From Camelus dromedarius (lineage: Eukaryota), in the NCBI RefSeq assembly GCF_036321535.1, contig NC_087437.1, positions 4,278,001-4,342,000 of the forward strand: a stretch of 64,000 nucleotides of DNA, read 5' to 3'. A model generated the notes under the pieces. It was not told where the DNA came from and searched no databases. It saw only the letters and a program-made list of their open reading frames with translations. A program made the position numbers and the translations under genes. Shown here piece by piece: positions 1-13,247 of this stretch (positions within the stretch are counted from its first letter, which is position 1; every line of letters begins with the position of its first letter).

Positions 1-608
1 GGAGGCGCCAACCACGCTGACTTCAGCAGTCATGATCTGCCACCTCCACACTCTCAGTGAGAGACCTGCTGGTACATGTCTAACCAAGCAGGACATTTCT
101 TTCAAAGTGACCCCGAAATTCATCAGGGAATCCTAGGGTCACAGAGCACAGAGCTAAAAACACTTTTTTTGAATGATGTTTTTAGTAATTACAGAAGAGT
201 AGAAAACCCTAGCTTTCATATTCCAGATGTATATAAACTTTGCTCTGTGGGGTTCCTTTTTTTCCCTTTTCTTCCATTTATTAAGGCCAACCCACAGACT
301 GACCTACAAAACAAATGGGTTGACTCTATTCACAGAGGCATGGAACATTGGAACTTAAGCAAATCAATGAATATTTAAAGTTTTTCTAGCCAGGTGTAGC
401 ATAATTCATGACTTTTGCCCATGGCTTTCTGTCATCTTTAAGAGCTTAAGTTTGCTTGATATTGTGTACCTCCAACTATGAAGAAATGTTGTCTACCTTG
501 ACTTTTTAGTAAATAAATACCTTCTTTCTATGTATTAAAATAAAGATTTGTTGAGACATAAAAATATGTATTTTCCTAAATAATAACAATCATAAAATAT
601 ACTGGTAC

Positions 609-675
609 CTGGGCTCTGATCTGTCAGTGTTTCAGTCCAAAGGTTTAGGACAAATATAATTAGCAGGGTCTTCAT
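609..675 (-). CDS. COL6A5: Collagen VI alpha-5 chain, first coding exon (signal peptide MKTLLIIFVLNLWTETLTDQSP + phase-1 G); the rest of the gene lies left of the window
   Basis: Minus strand reads aacaagATG AAG ACC CTG CTA ATT ATA TTT GTC CTA AAC CTT TGG ACT GAA ACA CTG ACA GAT CAG AGC CCA G|gtaccagt: 67 coding nt ending at a GT donor, with A at -3. It closely matches the recalled human COL6A5 N-terminus MKILLIIFVLIIWTETLADQSPG and lies downstream of a COL6A4-like Kunitz exon on the same strand. Too short to appear in the ORF track. Confidence 0.92.
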
Positions 676-704
676 CTTGTTAGTGAAGTTCTCTTGCTTT
701 TACT
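609..704 (-). other. COL6A5: COL6A5 exon 2 (29 nt 5'UTR + 67 nt CDS)
   Basis: Acceptor catttttttaacag|agtaaaag (AG at 706-705) and donor G|gtacca (GT at 608-607). Confidence 0.85.
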
Positions 705-1714
705 CTGTTAAAAAAATGTTATTTACACCATGAAAAATTTCACTGTATAATAAGAAAAAACTACTAGGAAAGTCGTGTTCCAGCACAATACACTGTAAAC
801 AGGTATTTGTCAAAGCGATGCCAGGTGTTCATAAAACATTCATCAAGCATTTGAATATTTGTTGAAAACAGATAATGCTAGTATTTGTTGAGTCCTTAAC
901 ATGGCTCAGATACTTTCTCAGTGCTTTATACATATTAGCTTATTTAATCCTTGCAACAGTCCTACAGGGAGGTACAACTACTGTAGCCACGTGACAGATG
1001 AGGAAACAGGCACAGAGTGGCTTGGTAAGTGGTGGACCCAGCACCCTAACCCAGACAAGGCGACTGCAGAGCCATAAGCTCTTAACCACTGTGCTGTGAG
1101 CACTACACAAAATCTGTGAACTCGCAGAACTTACACAGTCACTATTCTTTACCCTCTATGTTTGTGTCAACTATAATTATTGTATATGTTCCCAACTTGG
1201 CTCAAAAATCCAACAGCTACTCATATTTCTTTCTTCATTAAACCCTTGTGAAAACTGTTCTCTCACTGGTGGTTATACTCAGTTTTACAAATTACTTTTA
1301 ATTTCAGCATTTCTCCCCATGAGCTCACAATCAATCAGAAATCTTCATGGGAAATTACAATCTTACAGAAATTCCACCAAGTCAAAGTTGTCCATTATTA
1401 ATAGGGAAGTAGATAAAATGACCAATACTCAAAAATGGTGATGCCTTCAATGAGACACCAAAGGTGTAAGTGCCGAATTTTATTCTACAGTTGACCTTTC
1501 CAGGAGTTCTTTTGAAATTGCTAATCATACAGGAAGATTGAGAGAATCATTGGAAACTAGATTTGAAAGACATCCTATAGATCATTTAGATTAAACTCTT
1601 ATTTTGCCAAGGAGGAAATTGAGGCTTCCCAGAAGTTGGTGGCTAAATCATATCAGCAACGACTTTCAAATCTATACACACTATATTCTAATACACCCTA
1701 TATTTGACTTATTC

Positions 1715-2400
1715 ATTAACTTAATTATTGGGACATAATTCACACCGTATAAAATTTAACCTTTAAAGTAGACAGTTTAATGTGTTTTAGTAGATTAACA
1801 GGATTTGCAGCCATTCTCACTAATACCAAAACATTTTCATGACCCTCAAAGAAACTCCATACCCATGAGCTGTTACTCCCAATTCTCCCCTTCCCAGAGT
1901 TCCCAGAAACCATTGATCTGCTTTCTTATTTATGGATTTACCCATTCTAGACATTAATATAAGTGGAACCATGTATTATGTGATCTTTTGTGTTTGGATT
2001 CTTTCATTTAACATAATGTTTTCAAGATTTATCCTCGTTGTGACATGCATCAGTACTTCATTCCTTTCATGCCTGAGTAATATTCCACTGTATGAATATA
2101 CATTTAACAAATCTGTTCATCAGTTGGTGAATATTTGGGTTGTTTCTACTTTTTTTTGGCTATTATGAATAATGCTGCTATGAACATTCATGTACAAATT
2201 TTTGTGTGGGTATATGTTTTCATTGCTCTTGGGTAGACACCTAGGAGTAGAATTTTTGGTCTTATGGTAACTTTATGCTTAACACTTTGAGAAATTGCCA
2301 AATTGTTTTCCCAAGTGGCTCCATCATTTTACATTCCCACTGGTAAGGTATAAAGGTTCCAATTTCTCCACATTCTCCCCAACACTTGTTATTGTCCATT
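1715..2400 (-). mobile_element. Old L1 (L1MB-like) 3' end
   Basis: Antisense L1 3'UTR/ORF2-end motifs (gaataatgctgctatgaacattcatgtacaa; cattttacattcccac). Confidence 0.8.
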
Positions 2401-2401
2401 T

Positions 2402-5400
2402 ACAGTAAATTTGATGATACAAAGGAACAGATCAACAAACTGGGAGGCACAGTGGTAAAAATCACCCGTCAAATAGAAAAAAATATTTTAAAAAAAATGA
2501 GGCTAGTTTAAGAGACTTCTGGGACAACATCAGACATACTAATGTTTGCACCATAGCAGTTCCAAAGGAAAAGAGAGAGAGAAAGGGGTAGATAACTTAT
2601 TTGAAGTAGTAATAGCTGAAAAATTCCCTAACCTGGGAAAGGAAAAGGACAGCCAAGTCCAGGAAGCACAGAGAGTCTCAAATAAGATGAACCCAAAGAG
2701 ATACACACACACACACATACACACATTGTAATTAAAATTAAATTAAAGATAAAGAGAGAATATTAAAAGCAGAAAAAGCAATTAGACGTGCAAGGGAACT
2801 CCAATTAAGTCTATTAGCTGACTTTTCAGCAGAAACTATGTAAGCCACAAGGGAGTGGCACAATATATTTAAATGAATGAAAGAAAAATAATCCACAACC
2901 AAGAACCCTCTATCCGGCAAGGTTATAATTCAGATTTGAACGAGAGATCCAGAGTTTTACAGATAAGCAAAAGCTGAAACAGTTCAGCACCACTAAACCA
3001 GTTTTACAAGAAGTGTTAAAGGAACATCTCGAAGTAGAAAATAAAATACCACAACTAGAAAGACAAAAATTGCTAAGGGAAAAATCTCATTGGTAAAGGC
3101 AAATATACAGTAAAGGTAATGGATCACTACTTATAAAGTTAGTAGGAAAGTGAAAAGACACAGTAATAAAACCATCTATAGCCACGATAAGTAGATTAGG
3201 GGTACACAAAACAAAAAGATGTAAAATATGATGTCAAAACATTAAATGTGTGGTGAGGGGAGTACAAAGGCAGGGTGGTCAGAATGTGTTTGAACTTAAG
3301 AGATTATCAACTTAAAATAATCACACACACACAGAGCTCATGGTAACCATAAACCCAAATCTATAATGGATATAAACACACAAGACAGCGAAAGGAATCC
3401 AAACATAACACTAAGGATAGTCATCAAACCACAAGGGAAGAGAGCAAAAGAAGAAGAAAGAAGTCATATCAAGCAACTTTTCTGACCAAAATGGTATAAG
3501 ATTAGAAATCAACTACAAGGAGGGGGAGGGTAGAGCTCAGGGGTAGAGCACGTGCTTAGCATGCATACGTCCTAGGTTCAATCCCCAGTACCTCCAATTA
3601 AATAAATAAATAAACCTAATTATCTCCTCCCCCCAAAAAATCCCAAATCCATAAAACCCAAATTCATAAAAAAAAATTTTAAAAATCAACCACAAGAACT
3701 ACAAAAAACACAAACAAGAGGAGGCTAAACAATATGCTACTAAACAGCCAATGAGTAAATCAAAGAAATAAAGCAGTGAATCAAAAACACCTGGAGAAAA
3801 ATAAAAATTGAAACACATGATCCAAAATCTATGGGACGCAGCAAAAGTGGTTCTAAGAGGGAAGCTTATAGTGATATAAGCCTACTTTAGCAAACAAGAA
3901 TAATCTCAAATAAACAAGCTAGCCTTATGCCTAAAATAACTAGAAAGACAAGAGCTAACAAAAGCCAATGTTAGTAAAGGAAATAAAAATAAGATCTGAG
4001 AAGAAATAAATGAAAAGGAGACTGAAAATAATAGAAAAAAATCAATGAAACTAAGCTCTGGTTCTTTGAAAAAATAAACAAAACTGATAAACCTTTAGAC
4101 AAACTCATTAAGAAAAAGAAAAGAGAGCCCAAATCCATAAAATCATAAATGAAAGAGAACTTACAACTGACAACCGAGAAACAGAAAGGATCATAAGAGA
4201 CTACTACAAACAACTCTATGCCAATAAAATGGACAACCTAGAAGAAATGGATGAATTCCTAGAAACATACAATCTCCCAAGACTGAATTAGGAAGAAATA
4301 GAAAATATGAACAGACTGATTACCAGTAATGAAATTGAATAAGTTATTTAAAAAAAACTCTCAACAAACAAAAAATCAGAATGAGACATTTTCACAGGTG
4401 AATTCTACCAAACAATTAGGGAAGAGTGAACACCTGTCCTTCTCAAAACATTACCAAAAATTGAAGAGTAAGGAATACTTTTGAACTCATTCTGTGAGGC
4501 TGGCATCATCCTGATACCAAAACCAGACAAGGGCACCACAAAAAAAGAAAATTACAGACCAATATGACTAATGAACATAGATGCAAAAATTCTCAACAAA
4601 ATATCAGCAAACCAAATCTAACAATACATTAGAAGAATCATACACCGTGATCAAGTGGAATTTGTCCCAGGATGCAAGGATTTTTCAATATCTGCAAATC
4701 AGTCAATGTGATACAGCACATTAACAAATTGAAGAACAAAACCCATATGATCATCTCAATGCATGCAGAAAAAGCTTTTGACAAAATTCAACATTCATTT
4801 ATGATTAAAAAAAAAAAACTCTTCAGAAAGTGAGTATAGAGGGAAACACATCTCAACATAATAAAGGCCATATATGGTAAGTCCACATAATGCTAACATC
4901 ATACTTAATGGCGAAAAGCTGAAAGCATTTCCTCTAAGATCAGGGACAAGAGAAGAATGCACATTCTCATCACTTTTATTCAACAAAGTATTGGAAATCC
5001 TAGACACAGCAATTGGACAGGAAAAAAGAAATGAAGGAATCCAAATTAGAAAAAAGCAGTTAAAACTGTAACTGTTTGCAGATGACATGATACAATATAT
5101 GGAAAATCCTAAAGATGCTCCCCCAAAACTATTAGAACTAATACATGGATTCAGTAAACTTGCAGGTACAAACTTAATATACAGACATCTGCTGTGTTTC
5201 CATACACTAACAACAAACTATCAGAAAGAGAAATTAAGAAAACAATGCCATTTACAATTGCATAAAAAAGAATTAAATACCTAGGAATAAGTCTAACCAA
5301 GTATGTATTCGGAAAACTGTAAGATATTGATGAAAGAAACTGAAGATGACAAAAACAGATGCAAAGATATACTGTGCAAAAGGATTAGAAGAATACTGTT

Positions 5401-6715
5401 AAAATGACTATACCTGGCAAGGCAATCTACAGATTCTGTGCAATCCATATCAAAATAAGCAATGACATTTTTCCCAGAAATAAAGTAAATTCCAAAATTT
5501 GTATGAAAATGCAAAAGGCTTCAAATAACCAAAACAGTCTTGAGAAAGAACAAAGCTATAGGTATCACCCTCCTTGATTTCACACTACACTAGAAGTTAC
5601 AGTCATCAAAACAGTACGGTATTGGCACAAAAACAGACACATGGATCAATGGAAAAGACAGAGCCCAGAAATGAACCCACACTAACATGGTCGATTAATT
5701 GATGACAAAGGAAGCAAGAATATACAATGGGGAAAAGACAGCCTCTTCAGTAGCTGATACTGGGAAAACTGGACAGCTACACACAAAAGATTTAAACTGG
5801 ACTACTTTCTCATATACCATATACAAAAATAAGCCCAAAATGGGTTAAAGACTTAAATGGTAAGACCTGAAACCAAAAGACTCCTTAGCAGAAAACATAG
5901 GCAGTTCACAGTTTGACATAGTCTTAGCAATATTTTTTGGATATGTCTCCTCAAGCAAGGCCAACAAAAGCAAAAATAAACAAATGGGACTACATAAAAC
6001 TAAAAATCTTTTGCACAGTGAAGGAAACTATTAAAAATTTAAAAATTAAATTAAAATTAAAGGCAGCACAGTATGGGAGAAGATATTTGTAAACCATATA
6101 TCTGATAAGGGGTTAATATTCAAAATACTATTTTCAAATATATTCAAAATATTCAAAAGAACACATACAACTCAATATCAAAAAATACAATTAAAAAATT
6201 GACACAGGAACTGAATAGACATTTTCCAAAGAACACAGAGAGATGGCCAACAGACAGATGAAAAGATGATCAACATCTTTTGACAGGGAAATGCAAATCA
6301 AAGCTACAATGAGATAGCACCTCACATCTGTCAGAATGGCTATTATCAAAAAGACAATACATAACAAATGTTGACAAGGATGTGGAGAAAGGGGAACCTT
6401 CGTGCACTGTTGGTGGGAATGTAAATTGGTGCAGCCACTGTGGAAAACAGTATGACGTTTTCTCAAAAAATTAAAAATAGAACTACCATACAATCCATCA
6501 AATCCACTTCTGGCTATTTTTCTGAGGAAAACAAAGCACTAATTCAAAAAGAAATATGCACCCCCATGCTCATTGCAGCATTATTTACAATAGCCAAGAT
6601 ATGCAAGCAATCTAAGATTTCACAACCGATGACTAGATAAAGAAGACATGGGTTACATATACAATGGCATATTACTCAGCCATAAAAAGGAATGAAATCT
6701 TGCCACTTGTGACAA
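2402..6715 (+). mobile_element. Decayed L1: partial ORF1, spacer and ORF2, with an internal deletion at ~3460; truncated at both ends
   Basis: ORF1-like peptides (IAEKFPNLGKEKDSQVQEAQRV), RT motifs (LFADDMI at ~5070-5090; [14 protein letters not shown]) and ORF2 C-terminal motifs; many stops and frameshifts. Confidence 0.93.
3520..3682 (+). mobile_element. tRNA-derived camelid SINE (Vic-1-like) inserted in the L1
   Basis: A-box (agctcaggggtagagc), B-box (ggttcaatccc), (TAAA)n and C-rich tail; TSD aaatcaac(t/c)acaag at 3506-3519 and 3683-3696. Confidence 0.85.
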
Positions 6716-7641
6716 TCAATACAGTTGATATGCCCAGTTTGGATGATAAATTATGTGATCATTAAGAGTGGTGTGCCAAGGGCAGGGTGGTGGGAGCAGT
6801 CTGGACTAAAGGTAGGCATAAAGGGGTGTGTGGAGACTTTAAAAAAAATAATAAAATACAGTTGACCTGCTTTTTATCATCCCAATGAGCTAGCAATTCT
6901 AATCAATGTCAGTAACGATCTGCTTCTTCCTGGCTGCCTGGACCACTTCCACCACATCTCCATGTTGGTAAAACAGCTGATACACATCCCCATCCCTGGA
7001 GATAAAGCTCGTACCAGTTTGGACATACTTATGCATAAGAAAACGTCTGGAAGAATAAGTCATAATTTATGATGGTTGAATGCCAAGAGTCTCCATCTTA
7101 AAACTAAGATAGTTTAGCCTAAGCTAAAATATAGCCCCAACATAGCACAAATCTGAGGAATCCAAGAATAAATCTGAAATTGTATGCCAAACTTGTAAAT
7201 GATTGTTTTTTCTTAAAACTCGAGTAGCAGAGTTATAAACAACAGGCATTAGAGTTCAGGAACAATTGTCTCGGCACGCTTTCTGGCTGGATTATTCCTG
7301 AAGCCACTGTGTTACAGATGCTTCTTTGCAACTGATGTCTGGTGAAGAGCATACTATTTGGAGATCTTTTTTTCCTTAAAACTTCCTTTTCTCTTCATTC
7401 TGTCTATGGTCCTTGTCATGTCTCGCATGAAGGTAGTTTAATGTAAATACCTTCTCTTAAAATTTTCAACTGACCATTGACATCCCCCCTTGTTACAAAT
7501 GGTCCTGAAATACGAAGAATTCAAAAATAGGACATTTTCCCTAAAAAGTTCATGGGCAAAATGGAAGTAAGTAAGTAAAAGTAAAGTCCAGTTCATAAAG
7601 ATAAACTTTTTTTTTAACATCGTGAGCGCAAATACACTAAG

Positions 7642-8298
7642 CCAAGGGTCAGCAAACTTTCCCTGTAAAGAACCAGATAGGAAGTATTTTAGGATTTGTG
7701 TCCAACACAAGTATTCAGTTCTGTTCTTGCAAACTCTTGTTCTCGTTCAGCCACAGAAGGAGAAGCAGATACATAAGCACGGTTGCAGGACTGTGTTAGG
7801 ACTTCTGTGGTCCTCCCACTTAGGGACCCCTCCCATCATAACAAAATAAATTAAAAATCACCTTTAAATAGCTTTAGATACTTGAATTATTTTTTTGTTT
7901 TAGGCAAAATTTAATAGACTTTTGTGGAAAAAAATAGACTTGTGTGGGCCCTAACATTGCATTTTTTTCTGATGTGAGAAAAATATTAAATATTTTTGAC
8001 CCTAAAAGTTTGATATTTATTTTTCCTTCTGACTTTTAAAGAAATTAAGGCATTTCATGGCTTCTAAAAGTCCTATGGGCCCCATTCATTCTGCCTGCTG
8101 TACCTAGTAGATAAGTTGGCCCTGTGAGGCTGTGTTTCAATAAAACTATGGGTGGAGGAGCGTACACCTAGTAGAGCGTATGCTCAGCATGCTGGGTTCA
8201 ATCCCCAGCACTTTCATTTAAATACATAAATAAAACTAATTAACTACCCGCCCCCCGCAAAAAGAGCTATGTTTGGCGGCAGGCTACCAACACTGCAC
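7642..8298. mobile_element. MER58-like hAT element interrupted by a hAT-Tip100 (Zaphod/MER115-like) element (~7785-8124) and a SINE
   Basis: caagggtcagcaaactttccctgtaaag...ggctgtgtttcaataaaact is MER58-like; the inner element ends in gataagttggccctg (cagggcc TIR on the minus strand). Confidence 0.55.
8151..8263 (+). mobile_element. Vic-type tRNA-derived SINE
   Basis: gtagagcgtatgctcagcatgctgggttcaatccccagcac, TAAA repeats and a C-run tail; flanked by (a/g)ctatg. Confidence 0.8.
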
Positions 8299-8499
8299 TA
8301 AATAATTTTACAAGTTTAGTATTATGATATAATCTCTATCATTCTGCCTGGTATTCGTTTTTAAATTTTAAAAACAATTGTTGATGCAATTATTCTTCCT
8401 AAATGTATCTACTTCATCCATACCTTATTAATATTCATATTAGCTGTTAATCTACTTCCTTACTTATTTTTTATTTGAAAGTCCTTAATAATTATCGCT

Positions 8500-10740
8500 G
8501 ACCAGTTGCATAGTACTTCACTATATTAATGTATCCTAATTTATTCAACCAATTCTCTATAGATGGATATTTAGATTGTTTCCAATTTTTTCACAGTTCT
8601 AAACAATGTTGCAATAAACCTCCCAGCACAGTGGGAGAAGTATTTTTATAGGATGACTTATTAGGGGTGGAAATTCTGCATCAAAGGGAATGTCTATCTA
8701 AAATTACTATCGATATTAAACAATTGCAACAAAAAAAGGTTACGTTAAATTATATTTCCCCCAGGAACATATGGGAGTCCTTATGTCCTCATCTCATCAC
8801 ACATTTTTTAGATTTTGGAACCCTGATTGCAGGGAGAAATTCATATTACACATGGTTCTTCGCATTTCTAGTTACTAGTGAGCCTAGGAATTATACTTCT
8901 CCTCTGAACTGTCTACCTAAGACCCTTCACAGCCATCTCTCCTCCTAAGTGTCTGTCTGGTAGTGATCTGGATACAGTCTTCACATTTATGAATATACAC
9001 AGTCCTGGAAGTTTTATATTCTTTGTGGCTATTGTAGATGGAATCTTTTCTTCTACTCATTTTACTAAATAATTTTTACTGGCCACTTTACTGAAATTTC
9101 TTGTTGACTCATCTAGACTTTTCTAGTATATCCTTATTTGAAACAGAAATAATGATTACTTTGGCTCCTCCTTCTAAAATGTCTATATTCTTATATTATC
9201 TTATACTATTACACTGACCAGAACTTTGACAACAATGTTAAATAATGGTGGTCCCAATGTTTCTAACTTACTGGTAATATTTCAAGTGTTTCACCTTTAA
9301 GTGTGATATCCTGGCAGTTGGTTTGTAATATATATTTCTAACCATGTTAAGAAAATATCCCATCTTCTCATTTAAACCTCAGATTTAAGAAAATCAAGAA
9401 CAGCTACTAAAAAAACCCCCAGCTACTAAATATTACCCAATGCCTTTTCAGTATCTACCGCAATTACCATGTATGCTTTTTCTTTTATAATCTAATGGTA
9501 TGTTGATCTTCAACAAAATATTAGTAATTGATTAGAGTTCTTAATATTTACTATTCTTGAACAAACTCCACTTAGTCATCCTGTATTCTGTTTTATGTGC
9601 TATTGGACTTTACTTGCTAATGCCCGATTCAGGAAATTCGCATCATTGTTCGGAACTGAGGAATGCCTGTCTTTTACTTCCTGTCAACTATCTTTGGTTT
9701 TGTATCAGTTCTCCTGGATTCCTAAGGATGATTTGGAAGCTGCTCTTCTTTCTCTTTGCTTCAAAACATTTTTTAAGGTAAGAATTAATTCTTTGTTCAA
9801 ATGTTCCAATGTCCCCCAAATACATTTTATAGTTGAGATTTTTGAACCAGTATCCGTCAAAGTTCGCATATTGTGTTTGCTTCTAACATCTCTGTAACTT
9901 CTTTTATTCTGGGACATTCCTCTGCATCTTCTTTCATAACATTGACTTTTTATGGAGTCCAAACCTTTCTTTGTATAAAGCGAATCACAGTCTGGTTCTC
10001 ATTATTTCATCCTTGTGTCATTTTATTTAGTCTTCAACCTCTAGATTTCCCATAAATGAAAGTGAGGTCTAGAAGCGTGATTTGCCTTGGAGTGAACGTA
10101 TGTCAGCAAGAGGCGCCTTAGGTGACGCTGTATCGCCTTAGGTAAGCTCCTGATGTGAGATTTCCCACCTGAGTAAGCCTCGCTTTAGCCTATTTTGTTA
10201 AAACGTAGTGACTGACAAGGTTCCTCATTGTGAAGTCCTTTATTTCCCACTTTCCAATTAATAAGTCATCTGTGGAATGATTTATGTCACCATCTGACTA
10301 TAATGTTCTCCAACATTTAACAGAATGATTTTATTATCCACTGATGTTCCTTTCCCAATCCATTATTACATTGGTGGTTTCAGGAATCTGAGAATGTGGT
10401 AATATTGCCCTTTTTTGGAATATACTGAGGTTTCCCTTGTGACTGAATTTAGGCTCACTTTTTTAAATGATTAGTGGATGCTTGAAAAGAAAGTATGTTT
10501 TTCCTGATGTTACAAAATTTATTAATAGTCTATTGGATCATCCTTATTTATTTTTGCCTGTCTCATCTCTCGAGAACTAAAGTAAGTACATCAGTGTTTC
10601 CTTCACACTGTATTTTCATCAATTCTCTTTTATTTCCTACATTTTAGCTTTATATAGCTCTATACCATACTAGTTATTTCCTAAGGTTGTGATAGTAATA
10701 TCTTCATCGTGGACTGTAGTCTTCATTTGTTTATCCTTAC
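8500..10740 (-). mobile_element. Ancient L1M/L1ME fragments
   Basis: Degenerate antisense L1 ORF2 motifs (gatggatatttagattgtttccaattttt; ttttcagtatctaccg). Confidence 0.55.
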
Positions 10741-10884
10741 AATGTGACCTTTGATAACAGTTTGCACCATCCCTAGATCAGAAGCTCAGTCAGTGCTTTG
10801 GGTCACTGTTGCATCTCCAGACTTTACTGGTACCTAGGCAGTAGTTAGTACTCAATACATATTAGTTTTTATTTTTTATGTTTA

Positions 10885-11285
10885 AAAAAATTTTTACTGA
10901 AGTGTAGTTGACTTACAATGTTAGTTTCAGGTATCAGCAAAATGATTCAGTTAAACATGTACATGCATATGTATTTTTCCTTTTCAGATTCTTTTCCATT
11001 ATATGTTATTACAAGAAATTGAATACAGTTCCCTGTGCTATACAGTAGGTCCTTGTTGTTTATCTACTTTGTATATAGTAGTGTGTATGTTAATCCCCAA
11101 CCCCTAATTTATCCCTTCCTACCCTTTCCCCTTCGGTAACCAGTTTCTTTTTTATGTCTGTAAGTCTGTTTTTGGTTTGCAAATCGAATTTGTATTTTGG
11201 GGGCGGGGATTCCACATATAAGTGATATGATGTTTATCTTTCTCTGTCTGACTTACTTAATATGATAATCTCTAGGTCCATCTTT
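10885..11285 (-). mobile_element. L1 3' end (cetartiodactyl-type)
   Basis: ttactgaagtgtagttgacttacaatgttag...ttccctgtgctatacagtaggtccttgttg. Confidence 0.85.
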
Positions 11286-11923
11286 GGTTTTTTTAAAAAA
11301 GAAGCAAAAACAGAAAAAGAAAGAGAGAGAAAAGAAAGGGAAGGAAGTTAAAAAAGCACTCAGCAGGCCTCACTTAATACATTTTTTATTGCTCTCAGTA
11401 TTATCTGGTATAACATTATAATCCCTGTTTTCTCTTGGTATATCATTAATATCAATTATCAAATCTCTTTATTTTAGATATATCCCTAGTAGAGAGCATT
11501 TGGCTGAATTCATCTTTTTGATCTGACCTGGGAATATTTTCAAGAGGGGAATTTAAACTCAATTTTATGTCATAAAATATGTCTTGGCTTACTTCTGCCA
11601 CCCCTATTTTATATATTATTCTCTACTTTTCCCTACTGGTTTCTTTTTATTGAAGTACATTTGATTTACAGTGTTGTGTTAATTTCTGGTGGACAGCACA
11701 GCGATTCAGTTTTACATTTATATACATATATTCTTTTTCATTATAGGTTTCTTATACTATATCCTTTCTTGCAAGAATTAGAATTCATACTTTGTGATCC
11801 CAATACCACAGGTATTTTCACTTTATTTCTAAGTTTAAATAGAAGTAATGCACTCTAGAAGTACACATATATTCTTGGGTTCTTTATTTTGATTGATCTT
11901 TCTGCCATCAAAAGCAACCAGAT

Positions 11924-12235
11924 CAGCTCTGTCCAGGAGAAATGGAACGCAAGCCAAGGAAGTAATTTAAAAGATTTTAGTAGCCACATTAGCAAAGAAA
12001 TAGGTGAAATTAATTAAATAATATCTTTTACTTAACCTAACGTATCTAAAATATAATTTTAATATATTATCAATATGAAAATTAGTAATGAAATACTGCA
12101 CATTCTTTTTTCATGCTGAGTTCTCACAATCTAGTGTGTATTTCACTCCTATGGTGGGTCTCAATTCAGACCCACCATGTTGCAAGTGGTCAACAGCCAT
12201 GTATGGTGAGTGGCTACCACACTGGTCACGCACAG
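11924..12235. mobile_element. MER33/MER3-like hAT-Charlie element
   Basis: cagctctgtcca...tagtagccacatt...agtggctaccacactgg..cacag. Confidence 0.75.
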
Positions 12236-12400
12236 AAAATGACAATGTTTAGGTCCTCAACCCAAAGCCTTCCACCCCACTGCTCCAGGCCAAGGAGAGC
12301 AGTATCTTAGCACATCCATCGTCCTTACAACATACACCAGGTAGGAAGTGCTGGGCTGGATGACTTTTAGGAAGTGGTTCATTAAGACAGTGCTTCTCAA

Positions 12401-13243
12401 TCACCTCACACCAGTCGGAATGGCTGTTATTAAATAGTCCACAATCAACAGATGCTAGAGAGAGTGTGGAGAGAAAGGAACCCTCCTACACTGTTGATGG
12501 GAATTTAAATTGGTGCAGCCCCTTTGGAAAACAATATGGGGGTTCCTTAAAAAACTAAAAATAGACAACATATGATCCAGCAATCCCATTTCTGGGCATA
12601 TATCTGGAGAAAACTCTAATTCAAAAAGATACATGCACTCCAATGTTCATAGCAGCATTATTTTACAATAGCCAAGACATGGAAACAACCCAAATATCCA
12701 TCAACAGATGACTGGATAAAGAAGATGTGGTGTGTGTGTGTGGGGGGGTGTGTGTAGGGGTGTGTGGGGGGGGGTGTGTGTGGGTGGTGGAATATTACTC
12801 AGCCATAAAAAAGAATGGAATAATGCCATTTGCAGCCATGTGGTTGGACCTAGAGATTATCATATTAAGTGAAGTAAGTCAGACAGAGAAAGATAAATAT
12901 CATATGACATCACATATATGTGATCTAAAAAAATGATACAAATTTAATTTATAAACCACAAGTAGACTCAGGGACATAGAAAACAAACTATGGTTACCAA
13001 AGGGGAAAGGGCGGGGGAGGGATAAATTAGAAGTTTGTTATTAACAGATACACATTACTACATAAAAATAGATAAACAACAAGGACCTACTGCATAGCAC
13101 AGGGAACTACATTCAATTTCTTGTAACAACCAATAATGGAAAAGAAACTGAGTTGCTTTGCTGTACACCTGAAACTAACATTGTAAATCAACTACACTTC
13201 AATAAAAACTAAACTAAACTAAAATAATAATGTTAAAAAAAAA
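12401..13243 (+). mobile_element. 5'-truncated L1 inserted into a MER5 element
   Basis: ORF2 end, 3'UTR and A-tail; TSD aagacagt(gc/at)ttctcaa at 12384-12400 and 13244-13260. Confidence 0.9.
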
Positions 13244-13247
13244 AAGA

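Noticed and set aside
76..378. 100-aa plus-strand ORF
   Set aside because: No recognisable domain; antisense within COL6A5 intron 2. I also saw no VWA exon on the minus strand in 1-600.
3520..3600. tRNA-like sequences (also ~8151, 34561, 48500)
   Set aside because: They carry SINE tails and TSD-like flanks and lack an intact cloverleaf; they are SINEs, not tRNA genes.
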